DNA from: Paragordius varius
Taxonomy: Eukaryota; Animalia; Nematomorpha
Direction of reading: 5' to 3'
Assembly (NCBI GenBank): GCA_964247055.1
Contig: OZ176052.1
Location: 12,710,001-12,774,000, forward strand
DNA length: 64,000 nucleotides
Part shown: positions 1 to 14,260 of the stretch, piece after piece
Numbering within the stretch: the stretch's first letter is position 1
How the letters are laid out: every line of letters begins with the position of its first letter
The notes under the pieces: generated by a model
The model's input: only the letters and a program-made list of their open reading frames with translations
What the model was told of the DNA's origin: nothing
Database searches by the model: none
Translations under genes and position numbers: made by a program

Positions 1-1249
1 AATCCATATTTATATATTTGATTTTTACTTATACAGCTTTCAGCGGAAAAGGAAATATTTTTAGTCTATTATATAATAATTTTAACGCATTAAAATAATG
101 CGTTTTATTGGATAACTTCAAGAATAAATAATATGGTTCAAATAAAAATAAGAGATTTTACCGCATGCTGGCAGCGTATCTTTATTCGAAAGCATCAATC
201 TTTAAAAAAATATTTTGCGTTTTAGAGCTTCGTTATGATACATGAAGCAAAGGGCTGACTCTTTAATTATAAAGATTTCTTTAAGAACATAGGAGAAAAA
301 TGCGTATCGGCTAAATTATTATATGTTTTAAATAGCGAAATAGTTATTTATTTTAGAAAATAAATAAAGAATTAACGAGGTATGCACAACTCATGTTTCG
401 TAAATCGGCCAAAAAAAATATTTAAGTCACCGTAAATAAATTTTTAGGTAATTCGTATAATAGCGGAAGTTGCGTATCATTTATAAATAATCTATTTTTT
501 TATAAATATAAAGACTGAGATAAACAATTTGGTGCCCCCGTTTTTTGATTTAGGTAAATTTTTTATATATCTTATAAGCCGGGATCAAAAACTTAAGTTG
601 CGCCAAAATATTCAAATATAATAATTATCGTGTATGAAAACTTTCTAAATCAAGCAACCGAGGCCTAATTATATCTCTTTATTAAAATGTGAATGATAAC
701 TACTTATAATTACATATATTATAGATTATATATTTTACGCTGCATCCGCCTTGATCGTAATTACCAAAACATTTATATTTATAAAATCTAAATTATTATA
801 AAAAAGCCCACTTTTGGTGAATATAACTTATTGTTTGTGGTTAATAAATCTTTTAATATCACATATACTTTAATAAATAATGACAAATTGGAATTATGCA
901 TATTATTTTGAGCGTTTTTCCCCGAACTTTGTAAATTAAATTTATAATTATCTAAGTTTATTATTATAAAAAACAGATAATTGAGTATTCCTCAATGGTG
1001 CTAATTAATTGACCTTATATTAATTAAATTATGAATTTTGATTTTGGCAAATAGTCACAATATTAATTGTAATCTCTTGTTGCTTAACATTTATTAATCT
1101 TGATTTTAAATGTGAAATAAAAATGATTGATAAACTCATCTATATAAATTTTGTCGTCTGCTGGGAAAATAGACCTTAAGAAGAAAAAGTTATTTAATCA
1201 TTTAGAGTTGATCCTTGTATGGAAAATAATAGATTCTCAAAATAAAATT

Positions 1250-4086
1250 ATTCTGGAAAAGTAAAATATTCTATTATTTAAAGTTTTAGATATTTAATTC
1301 TGAATATGGATTTAAAAAATAAATTCTGGGAAAGTATAATAATTTTTTATTTAAAGTTGTAGATATTTGTCGCTGAATATGGATTTTTAATATTAAATCT
1401 GGGAAAGTATAATATTTTATTATTTAAAGTTTTAGATATTTGTTTCTGAATATGGATTTTTAAATATTAAATCTGGGAAAGTATAATATTTTATTATTTA
1501 AAGTTTCAGATATTTGTTTCTTAATATGGATTTTTAAAAATCAATTCTGGGAAAGTATAATATTTTATTATTTAAAGTTTCAGATATTTGTTTCTTAATA
1601 TGGATTTTTAAAAATCAATTCTGGGAAAGTATAAAATTTTATTATTTAAAGTTTCAGATATTTGTTTCTTAATATGGGGTTTAAAAATCAATTCTGGGAA
1701 AGTATAATATTTTATTATTTAAAGTTTCAGATATTTGTTTCATATGGATTTTCAATTATCAATTCTGGGAAAGTATAATATTTTATTATTTAAAGTTTTA
1801 GATATTTGTTTCTGAATATGGATTTTTAAATATTAATTCTGGGAAGGTATAATATTTTATTATTTAAAGTTTCAGATATTTGTTTCTTAATATGGATGTT
1901 CAAAAATCAATTCTGTGAAAGTATAATATTTTATTATTTAAAGTTTCAGATATTTGTTTCTTAATATGGATTTTTAAAAATCAATTCTGTGAAAGTATAA
2001 TATTTTATTATTTAAAGTTTATATTTGTTTCTGAATATGGTTCAAAAATAAATTCTGGAAAAGTATAATATTTTATTATTTAAAGTTTTATATATTTGTT
2101 TCTGATATATGGATGTTCAAAAATAAATTCTGTGAAAGTATAATATTTTATTATTTAAAGTTTTAGATATTTGTTTCTGAATATGGATGTTCAAAAATAA
2201 ATTCTGTGAAAGTATAATATTTTATTATTTAAGGTTTATATTTGTTTCTGAATATGGATGTTCAAAAATAAATTCTGTGAAAGTATAATATTTTATTATT
2301 TAAAGTTTTAGATATTTGTTTCTGATATATGGATGTGCAAAAATAAATTCTGTGAAAGTATAATATTTTATTATTTAAAGTTTTAGATATTTGTTTCTGA
2401 TATATGGATGTTCAAAAATAAATTCTGTGAAAGTATAATATTTTATTATTTAAAGTTTTAGATATTTGTTTCTGATATATGGATGTTCAAAAATAAATTC
2501 TGTGAAAGTATAATATTTTATTATTTAAAGTTTTAGATATTTGTTTCTGATATATGGATGTTCAAAAATAAATTCTGTGAAAGTATAATATTTTATTATT
2601 TAAAGTTTTAGATATTTGTTTCTGATATATGGATGTTCAAAAATAAATTCTGTGAAAGTATAATATTTTATTATTTAAAGTTTTAGATATTTGTTTCTGA
2701 TATATGGATGTTCAAAAATAAATTCTGTGAAAGTATAATATTTTATTATTTAAAGTTTTAGATATTTGTTTCTGATATATGGATGTTCAAAAATAAATTC
2801 TGTGAAAGTATAATATTTTATTATTTAAAGTTTTAGATATTTGTTTCTGATATATGGATGTTCAAAAATAAATTCTGTGAAAGTATAATATTTTATTATT
2901 TCAAGTTTTAGATATTTGTTTCTGATATATGGATGTTCAAAAATAAATTCTGTGAAAGTATAATATTTTATTATTTAAAGTTTTAGATATTTGTTTCTGA
3001 TATATGGATGTTCAAAAATAAATTCTGTGAAAGTATAATATTTTATTATTTAAAGTTTTAGATATTTGTTTCTGATATATGGATGTTCAATAAATTCTGT
3101 GAAAGTATAATATTTTTTTATTTCAAGTTTTAGATATTTGTTTCTGATATAAGATGTTCAAAAATAAATTCTGTGAAAGTATAATATTTTATTATTTAAA
3201 GTTTTAGATATTTGTTTCTGAATATGGATGTTCAAAAATAAATTCTGGAAAAGTATAATATTTTATTATTTAAAGTTTTAGATATTTGTTCCTGAATATG
3301 TATGTTCAAAAATAAATTCTGGAAAAGTATAATATTTTATTATTTAAAGTTTTAGATATTTGTTTCTGAATATGGATGTTCAAAAATAAATTCTGTGAAA
3401 GTATAATATTTTATTATTTAAAGTTTTAGATATTTGTTTCTGATATATGTATGTTCAAAAATAAATTCTGGAAAAGTATAATATTTTATATTTAAAGTTT
3501 TAGATATTTGTTTCTGAATATGGATGTTCAAAAATAAATTCTGTGAAAGTATAATATTTTATTATTTAAAGTTTAAGATATTTGTTTCTGAATATGGATG
3601 TTCAAAAATAAATTCTGTGAAAGTATAATATTTTATTATTTAAAGTTTTAGATATTTGTTTCTGATATATGTATGTTCAAAAATAAATTCTGTGAAAGTA
3701 TAATATTTTATTATTTAAAGTTTATATTTGTTTCTGAATATGGATGTTCAAAAATAAATTCTGTGAAAGTATAATATTTTATTATTTAAAGTTTTAGATA
3801 TTTGTTTCTGATATATGGATGTTCAAAAATAAATTCTGGAAAAGTATAATATTTTATTATTTAAAGTTTTAGATATTTGTTTATGAATATGGATTTTCAG
3901 AAATCAATTCTGGGAAAGTATAATATTTTATTATTTAAAGTTGTAGATATTTGTTTCTGATATATGGATGTTCAAAAATAAATTCTGGAAAAGTATAATA
4001 TTTTATTATTTAAAGTTTTAGATATTTGTTTCTGAATATGGATTTTCAAAAATCAATTCTGGGAAAGTATAATATTTTATTATTTG
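1250..4086. repeat. 75-bp tandem satellite, about 38 copies
   Basis: Unit AAGTATAATATTTTATTATTTAAAGTTTTAGATATTTGTTTCTGATATATGGATGTTCAAAAATAAATTCTGTGA. The phase recurs at 2281, 2431, 2581 and 2731 (150 = 2 units). Confidence 0.97.
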
Positions 4087-7000
4087 AAACTCAAAAAATA
4101 TATGTAATATTTTATTATTTGAGTTTTGGATAATTATATTGAGAGGATGAATATTATAATATAAAGTATATACCAAAAAATAAAATATTTTTTTATTTAA
4201 TCTAGATATTTGTATTAAGAAAATATTAAATGAAAATAGAAAAGGTAAATGTATGATTTTATTAAAAGTTTTTTATAGTTAGATAATGGTTTAATATTAT
4301 TGCGGTTATGATTGCATGTTAATAATTAAAAAGAAAAATTATTATTTTATATAAGATTTACCATCATCTGAATAAAAACAATTTATCATTTTATTTTTTC
4401 AATATAAGTACCTAAAACTTTAAATAATTGAATATTATACTTTTTCGGAATCATATTATTCTGATTATTTAAGATTCATCATTTCAATATTAATATCTAT
4501 CACTTTATGTAATAAATTATTATAAATGATGCTATGAATATTGACGATAAATATGATTGAATGATTTTAAATTAGAAGAAAAGGTACAAGATTTTATTCA
4601 TTGGAGTTTCCTTATAAATAAATATAAAACATAGTCCTGAATTTTTAATTTTTATATGGTTATATTAAATGATTATGTAGAATTTATCTTTAATTTTAGG
4701 GTTATCCAATGAATGAGAATGTCACTGTCCTGGCAAAAAATATGTTACTTAATCATATATCATTCGATAAAAGCCTCCTCCTGCAATGATACATGCGGTT
4801 AAAATATTACAAAAAATATTTTAAAGTTGCTATTTTTATTCTAAGATTTGGTTGAATTGCAATAGAAAAATTCGACGCCTATATTACACGTATTATAAAA
4901 TCGAGAATAATAACTAAGATGAAAAAGGGATATTAAAATTTCCAAAACTGCAGTTCAAATCCCGTTTTAAATAATATTGGCTCTAAATGATTTTTTTTGA
5001 ATTTGCATAATAGTGGAAACAGTTTAACTTTAAACCAAACTCCAATATCCCCAATTACATAAAATATTATCATGTTGAATTTTTTTTATATTCTGATAAA
5101 TACTAAATTGTAACAGAACTTTTATGGTCCTTTTAATATCGTGCCTTATAAGTCAATTAATTAATTTATTTGAACTTTTATGTTATTGTTTCATATCAAA
5201 AATTGCAAAATTAAAGCATATAATATCAATTTTATTTTTATTTTTAACTTTTCAACGGGTCCACCAAAAATGTTATATACCTAATGGACTAAATTAATTA
5301 AAATTGACGCCAAAAATTTGCAAAAATATTTTATCTACGCGGTAAAATTAATAAAATTAATTATTTTCCCTTGAAAAATAACTTTATGTGAATGTCTTAT
5401 TATACTTAGAAAAAAATATATCTTTCGTTGAATTTAAAATCCATTTAATTACAAGAAAGACTTATGTTTAAAATATTATTTAAGAGGATTTAAAAATATG
5501 TCTGATTTAAACTGTGCTGGACACCCCTTAAACGTTGTTGGATTAAATTTTTAATGATTGAAAAAGCTTTTAATGAAAAATTATATGTTAACTAATAATT
5601 TAGTTTATTATCACCATTTACTAATATTGTGATTATTCTATATTACCATAGTAGTTAAACTTTCTAAAATGATTGATGATCCCAAATTACTATGAGACCA
5701 TTTTTAATCAGAATATATATTTTTTTAGGATATATATAATTGCGGATTGTCAAATTTTATCAATCAATTTTTATGATCTCCCCTGTGTTAAATATCATAT
5801 TTGCGATTCAATTAGAAAAAGACTCTATACACTAGTTTTTATTTCGGATGTTTTTGAATTTGAAATATGTAATGATTATTTTGGCGCGACTTAGGTTTTT
5901 GCGGCTTTCGCTTACAAAAGTTTTCGATAACTTTAAATTGAGGCAATATTATTTTCATACCAATTACATAAAAGGTATTCAATATAAATTAGAGGTTATG
6001 TTAAATTAATTATAAACTTAGGTTCGCTATGATGCAAATTTACTTAATTTTTTATATAAAGAATGAATCATAAACGCCATTATATTTGGTTAAAGCTATT
6101 TTGGCAAAGTAGATCTGGCATGAATTTTTTATTAAAGTGTGATTTATAGCTTGAGACTTCATGAATTTTTAATAATTATTTTGCCTTTGGGATCCTCATG
6201 CTTTCCCCATTTTAATAATTTTTTTCTACCACAACATGAGAGATGTAATTTAAATTACAAAAAAGTAAAATAATTTATTATTTTAAGTTTTGTAGCACAA
6301 TGCAATTATAAACAAGTATATTAAGCCAAAGATATCAATTTTAAGATATTTTAGTGTATATTAGTGAATATAAAGGTCATAGCTGATTAATAATTGTTAA
6401 TACTTTAAATTTATATATATTTACATTTAAATTTTGGTATAATTTTGGTATTATATTGAATATGTAGTTTTAATTCTAACTTATTGATACAAGATACGTC
6501 TAAAAAATAAGTGTTCATGAAACATGTATCTTTCATACGATAGTTATCAGTATAATGAACATCAAAATCATAATGGTGGATAAAATACTGGCAAAATAAT
6601 ATATACATTATTCTGCCACTATCCAAGTTCGAATCATATTTTTGAACTTTAGATCTAATAAAAACCCTTAAAAATAAGTGATAATGCGAAATTTTATTTT
6701 ATTTATTTGTATCTTCCATATTTATGATCGCATTCAAAACCTCATTAGGTTATTATCACAAATATGAAATCTAAAATATAATGCCAAATTTTATCCGATA
6801 TGCGATAGTGTAGTAAATTTTTTTATTTATATGTAAATTATTAAAAAGTACTTTATTAACATATAAATAATAGCCTTTGGAAAATGGTTCAATAAATAAA
6901 GGAATAGGTATGGAGTATAATATTAAAAAAATTTTAAATAAATTTTCAACTTTTCCAATTAAGATCCATATTTTTTCGAACTTAACGCTCAATTTAATTT

Positions 7001-7239
7001 ATACAATTTATTAAATTATATTATGTGATCACTAAATTTTAGATTTTTTTATTAATATCTGGTTTAAAAAAACGTTGGCTACAAAAAATCATTCCCTAGA
7101 ATAAACTTCACAAATATTATTAAAAATTCAAAAATCTAGAAAATTAAAATTAATTTAAACTTTAATGAACCATAAATGTTAAAATTAATTAACTTTTTAA
7201 AGTTGAGTTAATAAATTTAAATGAGAAAGGTTGAATTCG

Positions 7240-10200
7240 TATAAAATACCTAATGTTTGGTGTAAAAGTTTAATTTTGTAAAAGTGTTAAGTTAAGAAAA
7301 TTTTCTTTTTAAAAATTAATATACCCGAAAATACAATTGAAATATGGCGCAACTTAAGTTGTGATGATTCCGGCTTTTAGGTATTTATATTTGATTCAAA
7401 AAATTGAATCGAGAGCAGTTATTTTAACATAAAATTCTATAAAAACATATTGCATAAAAACATTTTTCAACACTTCTTTAAGCGATTTTTCACATCAATT
7501 GAATACTTTCTCAAACAGCACTTTACCAACACTCAGCACTTATTTTTGATTTAGTAAAATAATGACATATACTTTAGACTAAAAGCAATTGAAATTTTTT
7601 TTATTAAGGACAATTTAATGTCTGGATGAAAAATATTATTTCTAGATAATTCAATTTTGTGATTAAAATTCCAAAAAATGGAAAAATTAAATATCAAATT
7701 TAAGGGTGAACATGCTTATTTATAAAGTGTTATATAAATAAACAATAAATTTAGATTGGAAAAGGAAAAAGTTAGGTGGTGGGGAGTTGACTTAAAATGG
7801 GTCGATTTTGAAAAGAAAAAAATATATATAAAAAATACTTTACTAAATCTATTGGATAGAATTGTTTCGTATTGATTAACAATTTTTTATATACCATAAA
7901 ATTTATTTAATATAGCGAACTTAAGTTTCTCGCTATATTTATTTGGCCAAATAATTAAGACAATAATAGATGTATGTAAAATTTTTAAAAACGGTATTTA
8001 TATGTCCTTTTTTAATTCATTTTCAATAAACATATCAAACTCAATACTTTAGCACAAGGCCACTTATTAATTACTAATTTAAGATTTAAAACTTAATAGC
8101 CTTCAAATATTTAGGATTACATTATCTATTAGGTCAAGTTAAATTAAAAAAACTACAAAATTAATCAAAAGTTGGGTTTGGTTTGAAAAGGAGTTGATTT
8201 TTGATTAGGTTGGAAAAATATAGTCTGATTGAAAATTCGTTAGTTGTATGAAAATTTTTTACTAGACATAGGTAAGGATAAGGCTATGGCCTCTCTATTT
8301 GATTTAAAAAAAATTTATACCTGAAACATTTAATTTAATAAGGCACAACTTAAGTTTTTGATTCCGGCTTTCGGGTATAAAAACTATTTAATTTAAAAAT
8401 TGAGGCTATAGCAGTCAGTTTTATATAATATAAAAAAGAGAATTATCTATCTTATCTCTTTAAAGTCAAGTTAAACACTTTCATACTCACAACACTTTTA
8501 ACAACAATCAACTCTTTTGCGACCGAACTCAACATTTTTAATAACCATAATAGGGCATTTAAGTTAAGAGTATGATCATTAAATTTTAATTACATTTTTT
8601 TATATATTTCGAATGTTTTACTTTTAAAATCAAAATATTTTAGTTTTCGTTAACCATAACTTCGATTACTATAATAAAACATTCATGATTTATTAATTTT
8701 TTACACTTTTGTTAAACATTTCCAACTTATAATTAAGCATAACCGATTATTAATTCTTAATATAAAAGGTGTTGGTTTTAATTAAAATACCCTAAAAATA
8801 ATTAAATATTCTGATTAAAAAACAATATGATGTGCAAAACTTAAATTATATTATGCATATATATATATATGCATATATATATATATATATATATCTTAAG
8901 AATAAAAGTCAAAAATATACTGATATATGAAGACAATTATTTTTTCAAAAGACAAAAGTATCTAAACTTAAATTTTTTTAAAATAAATAATTTATTACAT
9001 TTGATAAAATATAGCCCTAAAATTAGTTTAACTATTTTTACTACAATTCTAATTAAAAAAATTATAAACCTTATTAAAACATAGCCAATGATTAAACGTT
9101 AAATGCATTTTTTAAAAATTCAAATGGTTAAAATTGGTTGTAAAAGGTTGAGTTTGGTTGAAAAGGAATTTGAGATAGTATATGTTAACAAAATATTGTC
9201 TGTTTCATTACTTGAACAAAAAAAGAAACTCATTTACTAAACTTAGGTAAGGATAAGGCTATGGCCTCTGTATTTAATATAAAAAAATTTATACCTGAAA
9301 CATTTAATTTAATAAGGCGCAACTTAAGTTTTTGATTCCGGCTTTCGGGTATAAAAGCTATTTAATTCAAAAATTGAGGCGATAGCAGTCAGTTTTATAT
9401 AATATAGAAAAAATAATTATCTATCTTATTTCTTTAAAGTCAAGTTAAACACTTTCTTACTCTCAACACTTTTAACTACTCAACTCTTTTGCGACCAAAC
9501 TCAACATTTTTATTAACCATATAGGGCATTTAAGAGTATGATCATCATATTTTATTTTTTTTTAAATATTTTTAATGTTTTATTAAAATCGAAATTTTTA
9601 AGGTTTTTGCGTTAACCTAATCAACTTCAATTACTATAATAAAACATTTAAGATTTATAAATTACTTACACTTTAAACATTTCTAACTCAGAATTATGCA
9701 TAATCGATGATCAATCCCTAATTTGAAATTTTTAATTAAAATACCCTAATAATTAAATATTTTGATTAACACTTCGATTCAAATTGGGGTATCTAAATAC
9801 CCCAGACTAAATTAAAATTAAAATTTTTAAAAAACTACTGAAGGAAACGGTCCCAATTTAAATTTATGCTTCTATCCTGATAAATATTATATAAATATGC
9901 CAAAATATCTTGATAAAATTTTGTTTTGAAAAAAAAGTTCCATCTCAAATTACTTCGACGCCATTTTTATTTTACAAAAATTTTGCAAAATATCGTCTCC
10001 CTTTAATTTTAAGGGTAAAATTAAAGCTTTTTTATATAAATTACATCTAGCATCGATAGAAATAGAAAAAGCGGTTTATTTTGTATTATTTTTTAATTTT
10101 ACAATTTGACACATGTCACATTGACTAAATTTTTACCTTTCAGTTTTAGCTCAAAATAAGTTATATCAAGTATTTTTGAATAAAAGTTTTTATATATTTC

Positions 10201-13200
10201 GGTTTATTAATGTTATATAAGTAAAAAATTTTGCCATGGTTTCGATTGCTTCCATACTTTTTAAAGTATTTGATTTTAAACAGGCCTGGGGTATCCAACT
10301 ACCCCAATTTGAATCGAAGGACTAAAATGAGTGTGTTGTATCCAAGTGTTAAAAAACAATATTGCAAAACTAAAATTATATTATGTATATATATATATAT
10401 ATCTCTTAAGAATAAAAGTCAAAATATACTGATATATGAAGACAAATATTTTTTCAAAACACAAAAGCATATTTTTTAAAGTTGAATTTAAAATAAATAT
10501 TTATTACAATAATTAAGTAATGACTGATTTTGTTGCCAAACATATTATTATACTTTCAAATTGAAACACTAAGTTATATTCTAAACAGACAAATTTAAAG
10601 TAACAGCGGTCTTTTAAAATATATTTGCCTTAATTTAGCAAGCTCACCCTTATTAATTGATAATGTAAATTTTATTAAAAACAACTTAAAAGCATTCAAA
10701 TGTTTATCATATCTTTTAAAGATACTAAATAAAATAAAATTATATTTTACGTTAGATGTAATATTGATAAAATATGGCCCTAAAACACTAAATTAGTTTA
10801 AATATTTTGACTATAATCTAAATTAAAAAAACTAAATTATCAAAACATAGCCAAACTGTTACTTTAAAGTTAAATAAATGCCTTTTTTAATAAATGGTTA
10901 AAATTGGTTGTAAAAAGTTGAGTTTGGTTGAAAAGAAATTGATTTTTGAAAAAGAAATTTAGGTTGGAAACATATACTCTGTTTCGTTAGTTGAACAAAA
11001 AAAGAAAATCTTTTACTAAACTAAATACGGAGAAGGCTATGGTCTCTGTTTTTTTATTTAAAAAAACTTTATACCTGAAGAATTAATTTAATAAGGCGCA
11101 ACTTAAGTTTTTGATTCCGGCTTTCGGTATAAAAGTTATTAAATTATAAAATTGAGTCTATAGAAGTCATTATATAGAGACAAAATATTTTTCTTTCTTT
11201 ACCTCTTTAAAGTCAAGTTAAACACTTTCATACTCTTAAAAACTTTTTGACAACACTCAACTCTTTTGCAACCAAACCACAATTTTGATTAAAACCCAAA
11301 ATAGGGCATTTAAGTTAATAGTATGATCATCAAATTTGAATTTTATATTTTTTAAAATATTTTCCATGGTTTATATTTAAAATGAAAATATTTTAGTTTC
11401 CGTTAACCACATTAGCTTGAAATATTATTATATAACCTTTCGGAATAGTTAATTTCCTACACTTAATAAATTTCAATTATGATAGACACAACTGATTAAT
11501 AATGATTTAAAAATATGTTAGTTTTAATTAAAATATACCCCTTTTACTAAATAAATCAAAATAATGTGCAAAATTAACATTATTATATATATATATCTAA
11601 ATTACGGTAAAATTAAAACTAGCGGACATCGCAAAAATATAGAAAAAAGCATAATTTTTGAACCATATTTGTTACCAATATACATCTATTTTATACTTTG
11701 CAATTTGAAACAATAAGTTATATTCTAAACAGACAATAAAGTACGGCCGTTTGAAAAAATTTGCCTTTATATGTTTGTATAAATATAATCGTTTATGCAA
11801 AAAATTTCATTAGGTTATCATCACAAATTAATCTAAAAAATTTAAAAAACAGTATTTATACTTCTTTATCTGTTTAAAACTCTTTTTCAAATTCGATACC
11901 AAGCTTCTCACCACTTATTAATTGGTAATTTAAAATTTATTAAAAACCATTTTGCATTCAAATGTTTATCATATTATCTATTAGGTTTATATCATAAATT
12001 TATTAAATTATTTTACGCTAGATGTAGCTTTGATAAAATATAGTCATAAAATTAGTTTAAATATTTTGACTAAAATTATAATTAAAATTAAACTAAAAAA
12101 TTTATCAAAACATAGCCAATGATTAATTAACGTTAAATGCATTTTTTAAAAATTCAACTGGTTAAAATTGGTTGTAAAAAGTTGAGTTTGATTAAAAAGG
12201 AATTATGAAAAAGTATGTTAGAAAAATATAGTCTGTTTCATTACTTGAACGAAAAAGAAAATCATTTACTAAACTAAGTAAGAGAAGGCTATCGCCTCTG
12301 TATTTGATTTAAAATTTTTATACCTGAAACATTTAATTTAATAAGGCGCAACTTAAGTTTTTGATTCCGGCTTTCGGGTATAAAAGCTATTTAATTCAAA
12401 AATTGAGGCGATAGCAGTCAGTTTTGCATAATATAGAAAAGATAATTATCTATCTTTATCTCTTTAAAGTCAAGTTAAACACTTTCATACTCTCGACACT
12501 TTTTAACAACACTCAACTCTTTTGCAATACCAACAATTTTGATTAAACCCAAAATAGGGCATTTATGTTGAGAGTGTGATCATAAAATTTGAATTTTATT
12601 TTTAAATATTTTTCATGTTTTACTTTTAAAATCAGAATATTTAAGTAGGTCTTGACCACATAAACTTGATTCACATAACCTTTCGGAATTGTTAATTTCC
12701 TACACTTTTAAATATTGCTAACAATTTAATAATTATAGGCAACCGATTATTAATCCATAATTAAAAATGTGTTTTTCAATTAAAATATACCCCTAAAGAT
12801 AATTAAACATTTAGACTAAAAAAATCATAATAATGTGCAAAATTAACACTAAAATATATATATCTTAATTACAGTAAAATTGAAACTATGCGGACAAAAC
12901 ACAAAAATATAAAGAAAAATATTTTCTTTCATATTTTACAATTAAATATTAATTAATTTTGTTACCAATATACATATATTTTAATCTTAATCGGCAAGTT
13001 GAAAGTACGGCGGTCTTTTGAAAAATATTTACCTTTAAAAAGTTATATAAATATGATCCTTTTGCGAAAAATCTTATCTATCATGACAAATTAATCTAAA
13101 AAATTGAAAAATAGTATTTATATTTCTTAATAAATTTAAATCTCTTTTTCAAATTCAATACTTTAAGCTTGCTTACCACTTATTAATTGGTAATTTAAAA

Positions 13201-14260
13201 TTTATTCAAAAACAATTTTGCATTCAAATGTTCATCATATCATCTATGGGTTTTTTATAATAAATTTATTAAAATATTATTTTACGTTAGATATAGCTTT
13301 GATAAAATATAGCCCTAAAATTAGTTTAAATATTTTGATTACAATTCTAATTAATAAAATTACAAACCTTATTAAAACATAGCCAATGTTTAATTAACGT
13401 TAAATGCATTTTTAATTCAAATGGTTAAAGTTGGTTGTAAAAAGTTGAGTTTGATTAAAAAGGAATTTTGAAAAAGTAAATGTAAGAAAAATATAGTCTG
13501 TTTCATAACTTGAACGACAAAAGAAAACCATTTACTAAACTAAGTAAGGAGAAGTCTATCTTATGATTTGATTTAAAAAATTTTTATACCTGAAACATTT
13601 AAATTAATAAGGCGCAACTTAAGTTTTTGATTCCGGCTTTCGGGTATAAAAGCTATTTAATTCAAAAATTGAGGCGATAGCAGTCATTTTTATATAATAG
13701 AGAAAAGATATTTTTCTTATCTTTACCTCTTTAAAGTAAAGTTAAAAACTTTTATACTCAAAACTCTTTGACAACACTCAACTCTTTTGCAACCAAACTC
13801 TACATTTTGATTAAAACCCAAAATTTAAGAGTATTATCATTAAATTAAACTTCAACAATTTTTTTAAATAACAATTTTTTATTTTAATCAAACTATTTAA
13901 GTTTGCGTTAACCACATGAACTTGAATTACTATTCAGTAACATTGCCGAATTGCTGATTTCCTACTTTTTTAAATATTGCTAAATTGCAATTAAATCTTA
14001 TATTATAGTTATAAATAACCGATTATTAATCCATAATGTATTGCTTTTAATAAAAATATACCCAATAATTTGATAAAAAAAACAATGTGAAAATTAACAT
14101 TATATTATATATAATTATAGTAAAATTAAAACTATGAGGACAAAACGCAAAAATTACAGAAAAATATTTTTTTCAAAAGACAAAAGCATACTTTTTATAC
14201 CTTAATTTTTATTCAAATAATTTAATTACAATTATAAAATAATAATTTTTGTTACCGTAA
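7240..14260. repeat. Head-to-tail array of six diverged ~1.0-1.3 kb units, each an imperfect palindrome around a conserved core
   Basis: Core GGCGCAACTTAAGTTTTTGATTCCGGCTTT at 7346, 8342, 9316, 11095, 12345 and 13611. Arm pairs: TATACCTGAAA/TTTCGGGTATA, GCTATCGCCTC/GAGGCGATAGC, GTTGAGTTTGGTTGAAAAG/CTTTTGCGACCAAACTCAAC. A (TA)n tract lies near most unit junctions. Confidence 0.9.
9770..10348. mobile_element. Non-autonomous piggyBac-like element (579 bp), TTAA target duplication
   Basis: TTAA at 9766-9769 and 10349-10352; termini CACTT...AAGTG; ~35-bp internal inverted repeats (9772-9808 vs 10284-10319). The neighbouring array unit shows the empty site GATTAAAAAACAAT at 8813-8826. Confidence 0.75.

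Noticed and set aside
1250-4086. Regular array resembling CRISPR
   Set aside because: Units are contiguous copies with no unique spacers, no cas genes are present, and the context is eukaryotic.
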